Shown here piece by piece: positions 42,857-50,963 of a stretch of 64,000 bases of DNA. The stretch's first letter is position 1, and each line of letters begins with the position of its first letter. Made by a program: the position numbers and the translations under genes. The notes under the pieces were generated by a model. The model worked only from the letters and a program-made list of their open reading frames with translations, had not been told where the DNA came from and searched no databases. The stretch is from Bacillota bacterium (GTDB taxonomy: Bacteria; Bacillota; Clostridia; Christensenellales; CAG-138): assembly GCA_023395595.1 (NCBI GenBank), contig JAEWYO010000052.1, positions 6,617 through 70,616 of the forward strand. The letters run 5' to 3'.

Positions 42857-43467
42857 GAGGACTACTGTTAAAAGACTTTTTCACATTGCTGAAGCAACTC
42901 AAACTCTACCTGCTCTTTATCGTGATACTATCAGTGATTCCGAGCACAAATTTTTCGAGTATCGCAATTGTCTATGCCGCAATGCTGCCGATAACCGTCA
43001 TCGCATATGACGAGCGCAGTAAATGGGATCAACTTGCGGTCATGATGCCGTATAGCAAGCGGGAGCTGGTGTTCAGCAAGTTTTTGATCGGTTATATCGG
43101 CGTGGCAGTCTGTCTGTTGCTCTCGCTCGGCTTGCAGGCGGCAATCAGCGGCTTTGGCGGACAAGCGTTTACGACGGAGACGGTTCTGGCTATCGTTCTG
43201 ACCTCGTTTGCTGGACTGATTTTAATGGCGCTGAACCTTCCATTTATGTTCTGGCTTGGCGTGGAGCGCGGCAGGGTTGTCTTTATGATCCTCATCGCGG
43301 TGACGGTCTTTTTCGGCATGATGAGCGTGGAAAGCGCGACAAAGCTTTTAGATCACAGCACGATTACGCCGGCAATGCTCATCGGGATTGGCGCGCTGGC
43401 TGCGGTTGCTGCAAATGTGATTGCGCTCACCGTTTCGTTGAAGGTTTATCAAAAGAAACTGGCATGA
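42853..43467 (+). CDS. ABC-2 family transporter permease
   Basis: 204 aa with six hydrophobic helices. 4-nt overlap with the ATPase gene. Confidence 0.75.
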   Translation: MRGLLLKDFFTLLKQLKLYLLFIVILSVIPSTNFSSIAIVYAAMLPITVIAYDERSKWDQLAVMMPYSKRELVFSKFLIGYIGVAVCLLLSLGLQAAISGFGGQAFTTETVLAIVLTSFAGLILMALNLPFMFWLGVERGRVVFMILIAVTVFFGMMSVESATKLLDHSTITPAMLIGIGALAAVAANVIALTVSLKVYQKKLA

Positions 43468-43507
43468 CCCAAGAACCAGTATATTTCTAGAAACCCAATT
43501 GATACAA

Positions 43508-43540
43508 ATCGTCCGGAATGATAGACCGGACGATTTTTTA
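43508..43540 (+). terminator. intrinsic terminator after the GntR-ABC operon
   Basis: 9-bp stem atcgtccgg / ccggacgat followed by tttttt. Confidence 0.78.
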
Positions 43541-43583
43541 GTTGCCAGAGAATATAAACATGATCAAAATTTTCGGTAAGCAA

Positions 43584-43620
43584 TTGACAAGACGATCACT
43601 ACTGAATATAATGCAGTAGT
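43584..43620 (+). promoter_or_regulatory. padR operon promoter with an operator-like inverted repeat around the -10
   Basis: TTGACA (43584-43589), 17-nt spacer, TATAAT (43607-43612). Perfect inverted repeat ACTACTG-N9-CAGTAGT (43598-43620). Confidence 0.6.
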
Positions 43621-43700
43621 AGATGATGCTATTAAGTCGATGCATATTGCGAACAAGGAACAAGTTTGACAGAGTGTTCAAACAAGAATTGGATGGTGCA

Positions 43701-44018
43701 ATGAACATACAATACAAAAAAGGCGTGCTGGAGCTTTGCGTGCTTTCCTTGCTGGAAAAACGGGATTGGTACGGCTATGAAATCTCCGAGTATCTTTCTC
43801 AAAAAATCGACATCGCGGACGGAACCGTTTATCCGATTTTACGCAAACTCAAGAGTGATGGACTCGTGACCACATATTTAATGGAAGCAAGCGGAGGGCC
43901 ACCGCGGAAATACTATTCGCTCACACAGACTGGCCGGGAACTATACAACAGTGACAAGACTGATTATTTATCTTTTGCAACAACCGTACAATCCATTCTG
44001 GAGGAGCAGACAATATGA
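43701..44018 (+). CDS. PadR-family transcriptional regulator
   Basis: MNIQYKKGVLELCVLSLLEKRDWYGYEISE..GTVYPILRKLKSDGLV is the canonical PadR winged helix. The longer ORF from 43623 includes the promoter. Confidence 0.88.
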   Translation: MNIQYKKGVLELCVLSLLEKRDWYGYEISEYLSQKIDIADGTVYPILRKLKSDGLVTTYLMEASGGPPRKYYSLTQTGRELYNSDKTDYLSFATTVQSILEEQTI

Positions 44019-44740
44019 CGAAACAAGATTATTTGAACGAACTAAAAAACGAACTGACGAAAAACGCAGTGGCGGATGCGGAAGACATCCTGATGGAATA
44101 TGAACAGCATTTTCAGTTTAAGCTTGCGGACGGATTCTCGGAAGAGGAGATCGCGACCAAGCTTGGCGCGCCGGCTCAAATCGCTGCGCAATATGTTGGT
44201 ATCCCCGGCGAAAAGAAAGCCAAAGGCGGCAAGAAATTTTTCCTTGTGCTTTGGCTGACGATCATCGGACTATTTGAAGTCATGCTCTATGGCGCGTTTC
44301 TCTTCTTCATTGCTGGGCTCTTTGCTGCTTCACTGGTGCCCGCCGCACTTGGAGTTGAACTCATCGCAGGATTGAACTATCTCAACATTTTGCCTCCGAT
44401 GCCGTATGGCGGCGCGATTGTCTTCGGAATCACGTTGCTCGCGCTGAGCGTGATTCTCGTGGTGTTTGCCATTTATTGTTTCGCCTATCTGCGGCAGATG
44501 ATTCGCGCTAGCTTTCGTTGGCGCAAAAACCTCCTGCGCGCAGAAAATCTGCCGCTCTTGCCGATGAGCCCGCAGTTCAAGCCGAAAACGCGCCGTGTGT
44601 TGCGCACGCTCCTTCTTTGGGCAGTGCTGGTGTTCGCAATCGGGTTTGTTGCCGGATATGCCATACTGAGCATCTACACACATTCCTTCGGATTCTGGCA
44701 TGCACTCGGTTGGTTCGGCTATCCGGCCACTACTCACTGA
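44015..44740 (+). CDS. DUF1700-type membrane protein commonly paired with PadR
   Basis: 241 aa. N-terminal helical MTKQDYLNELKNEL..EDILMEYEQHF, then four TM helices. ATGA overlap with padR. Confidence 0.75.
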   Translation: MTKQDYLNELKNELTKNAVADAEDILMEYEQHFQFKLADGFSEEEIATKLGAPAQIAAQYVGIPGEKKAKGGKKFFLVLWLTIIGLFEVMLYGAFLFFIAGLFAASLVPAALGVELIAGLNYLNILPPMPYGGAIVFGITLLALSVILVVFAIYCFAYLRQMIRASFRWRKNLLRAENLPLLPMSPQFKPKTRRVLRTLLLWAVLVFAIGFVAGYAILSIYTHSFGFWHALGWFGYPATTH

Positions 44741-44764
44741 TCGACAAAAGCTAGGAGAAGAAAA

Positions 44765-45625
44765 ATGAAAACAGCAGTCATCACGGGTGCGAGTTCCGGT
44801 ATCGGATTCGCAACCTCGGCGGAGCTTATTCCCAAAGGCTACCGCATCATCGGAATTGGGCATGATCCAGCGCGATGTGAAGAGGCCACATATAAACTTC
44901 GCATGCTCTCGCCAGACGCGGAAGTCACGTTTTTGTGCGGAGACCTGATGCAGCAGCGTGAAGTAGAGCGTATTGCAAACGAGATTGCGCAACTGCTCGC
45001 CCAACAAAACGAGAACCGGCTTGAAGTGCTGATCAATAACGCGGGTTGCGTGAGAAGTTGGTACACTACGACGGAAGAAGGCTATGAGCAGCAGTTCGCG
45101 TTGAATCATTTGGCATCGTTCCTGTTGACGTATCGTTTGCTGGCGCAACTCAAACGCGCGCAGGGCAAGGTGATTTTTACCGGAAGCGAGAGCCACAAAC
45201 ACATGTGCATGCATTGGAACGATTTGATGTTTACGCGTGGCTACAATCCGCTGACGGCATACAAACAGAGCAAGCTCGCCAATATTCTATTCGCAAAAGG
45301 GCTCAACGAGCGCTATCTGGACGACGGAATCATGTCCTATGTGGTCGATCCGGGACTGGTTTGTACGGATATCGGCTGCAAAAACACGGGTGGGTTGGTG
45401 AACTGGGTTTGGAACAGACGCAAAAAATCCGGTGTACAGCCGGAGGTGCCTGCAAAGACATATGCCTATCTTTGCGAGACCAATCCTGCACTAAGAGAGC
45501 TTTACTATCATCTCTGCAAACCGAATAGCTATAGCTGCCAGGTGACGCATGAGAACGCGGATAAACTATTTGCGCTGAGTGAACAACTCTGCGGCATACA
45601 ATACCCGTCGTGGATCAAGACCTGA
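44765..45625 (+). CDS. SDR-family oxidoreductase
   Basis: 286 aa. TGASSGIG cofactor motif, NNAG, and catalytic YKQSK. Confidence 0.85.
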   Translation: MKTAVITGASSGIGFATSAELIPKGYRIIGIGHDPARCEEATYKLRMLSPDAEVTFLCGDLMQQREVERIANEIAQLLAQQNENRLEVLINNAGCVRSWYTTTEEGYEQQFALNHLASFLLTYRLLAQLKRAQGKVIFTGSESHKHMCMHWNDLMFTRGYNPLTAYKQSKLANILFAKGLNERYLDDGIMSYVVDPGLVCTDIGCKNTGGLVNWVWNRRKKSGVQPEVPAKTYAYLCETNPALRELYYHLCKPNSYSCQVTHENADKLFALSEQLCGIQYPSWIKT

Positions 45626-45647
45626 ACCGTTTCGAGAGGAGAAGCAT

Positions 45648-46472
45648 ATGAATGTAATGATTACCGGCGCAAGCGGCGGACTTGGCCGCGCGCTGGCCAA
45701 CGAATGCGGCAAACGCGGATACAATCTTTTCTTAACCGACATAAACGCACAGGGACTTAAGTCGATCCAGATCGGGTTGGAGCGACAGTTTGGCGTCACG
45801 GTGACGACAGCCGCATGTGACTTGACCAGCGATGAGAGCGTGGATGCGCTGATGAACGTCATTGACGCGCACCAAATACGATTTGACATGCTGCTTAATG
45901 TCGCAGGTTTGGACTTTGAAGGCGGTTTTCTGGAGCGAGAGAGGCGGGACATCATTCGTATCGTATCGCTCAACAATGCGGCAACTTTGCGCATCACGCA
46001 TGCGATCTTAAGCCGCCGGCGCGAAGGGTACCCGTTTTATCTACTGTTCACGTCGAGCTTAGCCAGTATGTATCCCATGCCGTTGAAGGCGACGTATGCC
46101 GCGTCAAAGCGCTTTTTACTGGATATTGCGATGGCGCTTCGTGAAGAGCTCAAGGACAAGAAGGTCAACGTGCTCGCGCTCTGTCCCGGCGGGCTTGCAA
46201 CCACGCGGGAGGCGATGAGCGGCATTGCAGCGCAGGGCTTCTGGGGCAATGCGACGACGAATCCGCTGGAGAGTGTCTCGCGTCAAACCATCGTCAGGCT
46301 GCAGAAGCGCGGGGGAATCTATATCCCCGGCGCGCTGAATCGAACGCTGACGTTCTTTGGCAACCTTCTTCCGCGCAGATGGGTTGCCGCGGCGATCTAC
46401 CACCGCTGGAACAAGGCACAGAAGCAATGGAGCCCGGTGGAGTTTTCCTCCGGTGGAACACAAAATGGCTAG
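45648..46472 (+). CDS. SDR-family oxidoreductase
   Basis: Starts MNVMITGASGGLGRAL (ATG 45648, GAGAGGAG RBS). Catalytic YAASK. Divergent from the upstream SDR. Confidence 0.85.
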   Translation: MNVMITGASGGLGRALANECGKRGYNLFLTDINAQGLKSIQIGLERQFGVTVTTAACDLTSDESVDALMNVIDAHQIRFDMLLNVAGLDFEGGFLERERRDIIRIVSLNNAATLRITHAILSRRREGYPFYLLFTSSLASMYPMPLKATYAASKRFLLDIAMALREELKDKKVNVLALCPGGLATTREAMSGIAAQGFWGNATTNPLESVSRQTIVRLQKRGGIYIPGALNRTLTFFGNLLPRRWVAAAIYHRWNKAQKQWSPVEFSSGGTQNG

Positions 46473-46497
46473 AATACAATAAGAAACGGAGCATACG

Positions 46498-47151
46498 ATG
46501 GAATCTTTTCACATACGGCTGGAGCAGCCGGACGATTATCGTGCGGTTGAATACCTGACACGCGAGGCATTCTGGAACCACCATGTGCCGGGATGTAACG
46601 AACATTTTCTTGCGCATCTGTTACGGCAGAGCGATTGTTTTCTGCCGGAACTCGATTTTGTTGCCGAGGCGAACGGCGAATGCATCGGAAACATCATGTA
46701 CACGAAAGCCAACGTGATTTGCGACAGCGGGGAAACGCTTTGTGTACTGAGTTTCGGCCCGCTCTCCGTCCTACCGGAGTGGCAAGGAAAAGGTGTTGGC
46801 AGCGCGTTGGTGCGGCATTCGCTGGAGCGGGCAAGTGAACTTGGCTATACTGCGGTGCTGATCTATGGCGATCCGGCATTCTATTCGCGCCTTGGCTTTG
46901 TCGCGGCGGAAAAATTCGGCATTGGCTCGTCGGACGATTCATATGCGGATGCGTTACAAGCGCTGGAGCTTGTCGAAGACGCACTGAAAGACAAGTCGGG
47001 TCGATTTGCTGAGGATCATGTCTACGAGGTGGATGATGCAGAAGCAGATGTGTTTGATGCGACATTCCCACACAAAGAAAAGCAAGAGGGGTTGCCATCA
47101 CAGCTGAAGTTTTTGCAGCATGTCTCCATGCGACGTCCGCGCAAATCATAA
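46498..47151 (+). CDS. GNAT-family N-acetyltransferase
   Basis: 217 aa with the acetyl-CoA motif WQGKGVGSALVRHSLERA. Confidence 0.8.
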   Translation: MESFHIRLEQPDDYRAVEYLTREAFWNHHVPGCNEHFLAHLLRQSDCFLPELDFVAEANGECIGNIMYTKANVICDSGETLCVLSFGPLSVLPEWQGKGVGSALVRHSLERASELGYTAVLIYGDPAFYSRLGFVAAEKFGIGSSDDSYADALQALELVEDALKDKSGRFAEDHVYEVDDAEADVFDATFPHKEKQEGLPSQLKFLQHVSMRRPRKS

Positions 47152-47194
47152 TTCGAGTTGCTTTTGTTGTTGCGCTTCGGTTAGAATACTCGTT

Positions 47195-48070
47195 ATGAAA
47201 CTGCAACAAGAATGTGTAACCTGTATCATTGCGCAGGTAAAGAACGTAACCCGCATGTTTGGACTCTCCGAAGCGCAAAAGAAAGCGGCAATGGACGATA
47301 CGCATGCGTATCTTGCGCAGGCAAACTATGAAGGATGTACTCCGGAATCGATGGGGGAGCTTTGGCAGATTTTGCTGCTTCACGTCGGTGGAGCAGACCC
47401 ATATGCCACGATTAAATCCCTCTGCAACCAGCAGGCAATGAAAATGTTACCCCAAACGCGGGAGAAGATTGCCCGCGCGCGGGAACCGTTTACCGTCGCT
47501 CTCAAGTATGCCATCGCGGGAAACCTGATCGACTACGGCTTGGAGCATCCGGTTTCGATCGACGAGCAAAACACCGCCATTGACGCGATCGCGAACACCA
47601 CATTTTCGTTGGATGACAGCGATAAACTCTTGTCTGCATTGTCCCGCGCAAAGACGATGCTATATCTGGGCGATAACGCAGGCGAGATCGTATTCGACAA
47701 GCTTCTGATCGAGCAAATCCGGCTTCGTTTCCCGGCGTTGGATATTTCGTTCGTGGTAAAAGGTTCCCCCGTGCTCAACGACGTGACCTACGCGGACGCA
47801 GAAGAGGTCGGGATGCCGGAAGTTGCGCGGGTGATCGATAACGGAGATGCTTCTCCCGGCACTGTTCTGCCGCGCACGAGCAAGGCGTTTCGGGAGGCAT
47901 TTGCAAGCGCGGATGTAATCCTTTCCAAAGGGCAGGGAAACTACGAAAGCCTCAGCGGGGTGGAAAAGGAGCACCTGTTTTTCCTCTTTACTGCGAAGTG
48001 TGACACCGTCTGTATTGAGGCTGGTGTACCGAAGTTTTCTATCGTCTGCGTGAAAAACAAACCATTATAA
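47195..48070 (+). CDS. DUF89 (ARMT1-like) damage-control phosphatase family protein
   Basis: Starts MKLQQECVTCII (CxxC). Contains YLGDNAGEIVFD and KGQGNYESL, the DUF89 metal-site motifs. Confidence 0.8.
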   Translation: MKLQQECVTCIIAQVKNVTRMFGLSEAQKKAAMDDTHAYLAQANYEGCTPESMGELWQILLLHVGGADPYATIKSLCNQQAMKMLPQTREKIARAREPFTVALKYAIAGNLIDYGLEHPVSIDEQNTAIDAIANTTFSLDDSDKLLSALSRAKTMLYLGDNAGEIVFDKLLIEQIRLRFPALDISFVVKGSPVLNDVTYADAEEVGMPEVARVIDNGDASPGTVLPRTSKAFREAFASADVILSKGQGNYESLSGVEKEHLFFLFTAKCDTVCIEAGVPKFSIVCVKNKPL

Positions 48071-48095
48071 CGCAATATAACATAGTTATTTCACA

Positions 48096-48132
48096 AAAAT
48101 GGCGTACACAAACCAATGTGTATGCCATTTTT
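48096..48132 (+). terminator. intrinsic terminator ending the PadR-to-DUF89 operon
   Basis: Stem aaaatggcgtacaca / tgtgtatgccatttt (one G-U pair) with a T-run. Confidence 0.78.
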
Positions 48133-48196
48133 CTGCATTTCGATTGTTATATTCGAGTTATTTTCGCAGGAATAACCGTACCCGCGAGAAAGTATA

Positions 48197-48230
48197 TTGA
48201 CAAAACGAGGTTATGTGTTATAAAATAACA
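48197..48230 (+). promoter_or_regulatory. candidate promoter of the 2-oxoacid dehydrogenase operon with an overlapping palindrome
   Basis: TTGACA (48197-48202), 16-nt spacer, TGT-TATAAA extended -10 (48216-48224). Palindrome TGTTAT-AAA-ATAACA (48216-48230). Confidence 0.5.
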
Positions 48231-48278
48231 TCATCAAGAAATTGTTTAACACCAATTCAATCATACAGGAGGCATATT

Positions 48279-49556
48279 ATGGCAACGCCGGTCATCATGC
48301 CGCGTCAGGGGCAATCGGTTGAAAGCTGCATCATCACCGAGTGGAAGAAGAAGGTAGGGGACTCCGTCTCGGCTGGAGACGTTCTGTTTTCCTATGAAAC
48401 GGACAAATCCACCTTCGAAGAACAAGCAAAAGTAGACGGAACGTTGCTCGCCGTGTTTTATAACGCGGAGGATGACGTTCCTGTTTTGTTGAACGTCGCG
48501 GTCATCGGCAACCCCGGTGAATCGTTTGCCGAGTTCGCGCCGGATGGTGCGGCAGCAGCAGCGACCGCGCCTGCTGAAGAAAAAGTCGTTCCCGTTGCGG
48601 AAGCGGCACCTGCCGCGCAGGCAACTGCTACGCGTGCAGAGGGCGTTTCCCCGCGCGCAAAGAACGCGGCTGAAAAGCTCGGCGTAGACCCGACGCAAGC
48701 AGCGCCCACCGGCCCGCACGGGCGTGTGATTGAGCGCGACGTGCTCGCTCTGGCAAAAGAAGTTCGACTGGGTGGCGGCTCTGTTGCGCAAACAGCGAAG
48801 GCAGAAGAAGCAGCGCCTGCCACTGCGGCAGCGTCGGCAACGCCCGCTGTGGTCAACGCGCTGGAGTATGATGAAGTCAAGCTTCCGAACCTGCGCCGCA
48901 TGATCGCCAAGACCATGCACGACAGCCTCGCTGAGATGGCGCAGTTGACACATAATACAAGCTTTGACGCGACAAAGATTCTTGCTTTCCGCGAGAGCTT
49001 GAAGGCAGCGCCCGAAGGGATGGATTTACCGAAGATCACGATCAACGACATCATCCTCTTCGCCGTTTCCCGCATGCTGACCAAGCACGAAGGCTTAAAC
49101 GCACACATGCTTGGTGATAAAATGCGGTATTTCAAGCACGTCAACCTCGGCATCGCGGTGGATACCCCGCGCGGGCTGCTGGTGCCGACGCTGTTTGCCG
49201 CAGAGACGAAGACACTTGGGCAGATTTCCGCCGAAGCAAAAGCACTAGCGAAATCCGCCATCGACGGTAGCATCAATCCCGATCTACTGCAGGGCGGAAC
49301 GTTCACCATCAGCAACCTCGGGCTTTACGGAATCGAGAGCTTCACGCCTGTCATCAACCCGCCGCAGGTCGCGCTTCTGGGCGTGAACTGCATCACGGAG
49401 CGCATCCGCACCGTGGATGGGCAGATTACGGCATATCCCGCGATGGGGCTATCGCTGACCTATGATCACCGCGCAGTGGACGGTGCGCCCGCAAGCCGCT
49501 TCCTGAAAGATCTCGTGACCGCGCTGGAGCACTTTGATCTGCTCCTGATCGGCTAA
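48279..49556 (+). CDS. dihydrolipoamide acyltransferase (E2) of a 2-oxoacid dehydrogenase complex
   Basis: Start at MATPVIMPRQGQS (AGGAGG RBS). Lipoyl-lysine motif ETDKST, Ala/Pro linkers, a subunit-binding domain (SPRAKNAAEKLGVD), and catalytic DHRAVDG. Confidence 0.9.
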   Translation: MATPVIMPRQGQSVESCIITEWKKKVGDSVSAGDVLFSYETDKSTFEEQAKVDGTLLAVFYNAEDDVPVLLNVAVIGNPGESFAEFAPDGAAAAATAPAEEKVVPVAEAAPAAQATATRAEGVSPRAKNAAEKLGVDPTQAAPTGPHGRVIERDVLALAKEVRLGGGSVAQTAKAEEAAPATAAASATPAVVNALEYDEVKLPNLRRMIAKTMHDSLAEMAQLTHNTSFDATKILAFRESLKAAPEGMDLPKITINDIILFAVSRMLTKHEGLNAHMLGDKMRYFKHVNLGIAVDTPRGLLVPTLFAAETKTLGQISAEAKALAKSAIDGSINPDLLQGGTFTISNLGLYGIESFTPVINPPQVALLGVNCITERIRTVDGQITAYPAMGLSLTYDHRAVDGAPASRFLKDLVTALEHFDLLLIG

Positions 49557-49569
49557 GGAGGATAACAAA

Positions 49570-50934
49570 ATGGCATTTGATTTAATCGTACTCGGCGGCG
49601 GCCCCGCTGGTTATCTCGCGAGCGAGCGCGCAGGTCACGCAGGCTTGAGCGTGCTGTGCATTGAGGAGCGCAGCGTCGGCGGTGTTTGCCTCAACGAAGG
49701 CTGTATCCCAACAAAAACACTGCTCTACTCCGCGAAGATTTACGACAATGCGGCGCATGGCGATAAATACGGCGTAAGCGTCGATGGCATCAAGATCGAC
49801 CACGCGAAAGTCGTCGCCCGCAAGGACAAAGTCGTCAAGACGCTGGTCGCCGGTGTTTCCGCTGCGCTCAAGGCAAACCATGTCACGCTCGTCAGTGCGC
49901 GCGGTGTGATCACAGGAAAGAACGCGGAAGGCTATACCGTCGAAGCCAACGGCGAAACCTATGTCGGTAAACGCCTGCTGATTGCAACGGGTTCGTCTCC
50001 CGCTATACCGCCGATTCCCGGACTCAGGGAGGGGATCGCAAGCGGATTTGTCTGCACCAATCGTGAAATTCTCGCGCTTACCGAAAAGCCGGAACATCTC
50101 GTCGTCATCGGCGGCGGCGTAATCGGGCTGGAGCTTGCGAGCTATTTTACATCGATTGGAACCAAAGTGACCGTCATCGAAATGCTCGACCACATTGCGG
50201 GCGAGAATGACCCGGAGCTCGTCGCGCTGCTGAAAAAAGGCTTTGAAAAACGCGGCGTCACCTTCCAGCTCTCCGCAAAAGTCACTGAAGTAACCACAAA
50301 CGCCGTGAAATATGAAAAAGACGGAGTGGTAAGCGAAGTCGTTTGTGATAAAGTGTTGCTCTCCATTGGGCGGCGCGCAAACACGAATGGCATCGGGCTG
50401 GAGAGCATCCATGTACTAACCGAGCGCGGCGCAGTTGTGACCGATTCGCACATGAAGACCAACCAGCCGGAAGTCTATGCGGCGGGCGATGTCAACGGAA
50501 AATCGATGCTCGCGCACACAGCCTATCGTGAGGCGGAAGTTGCGGTTAACACGATGCTCGGCAAAAAGGACACTATGCGCTATGAAGCGGTGCCCGGTGT
50601 GTTGTATACCAATCCAGAGCTTTCCGCCGTCGGCGAGACCGAAACGAGCGCGAAGGCAAAGGGGATTGATGCAACCTGCGTGAAGATTCCGATGCGCTTT
50701 TCGGGTCGCTATCTTGCGGAGAACGAAGGCGGAGACGGCATTATGAAACTCGTGGTCAACAACGCAAGCAAGCAGGTGATCGGCGCGCAGATGCTAAGCA
50801 ATTACTCCAGCGAATTCATCGTGACGGTCGGTACGTTCATCGAGCTTGGGCTGACCATCGACGAGATCAAGCAGATCGTTTTTCCGCATCCTACGGTTGC
50901 CGAAATCATCCGTGAAGCGGTATTTCAATATTAA
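49570..50934 (+). CDS. lpdA: dihydrolipoyl dehydrogenase (E3)
   Basis: 454 aa. GGGPAGY FAD motif, redox disulfide GGVCLNEGCIPTK, and a C-terminal HPT..E. Confidence 0.93.
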   Translation: MAFDLIVLGGGPAGYLASERAGHAGLSVLCIEERSVGGVCLNEGCIPTKTLLYSAKIYDNAAHGDKYGVSVDGIKIDHAKVVARKDKVVKTLVAGVSAALKANHVTLVSARGVITGKNAEGYTVEANGETYVGKRLLIATGSSPAIPPIPGLREGIASGFVCTNREILALTEKPEHLVVIGGGVIGLELASYFTSIGTKVTVIEMLDHIAGENDPELVALLKKGFEKRGVTFQLSAKVTEVTTNAVKYEKDGVVSEVVCDKVLLSIGRRANTNGIGLESIHVLTERGAVVTDSHMKTNQPEVYAAGDVNGKSMLAHTAYREAEVAVNTMLGKKDTMRYEAVPGVLYTNPELSAVGETETSAKAKGIDATCVKIPMRFSGRYLAENEGGDGIMKLVVNNASKQVIGAQMLSNYSSEFIVTVGTFIELGLTIDEIKQIVFPHPTVAEIIREAVFQY

Positions 50935-50963
50935 ATTACGCGTTTGTAACAAGGAGATAACGT

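Noticed and set aside
43545-43575. dif-like Xer recombination site (agagaatataaacatgatcaaaat)
   Set aside because: Only the AGAATATA portion resembles the Firmicute dif consensus. The right arm (TTATGTAAACT) is absent.
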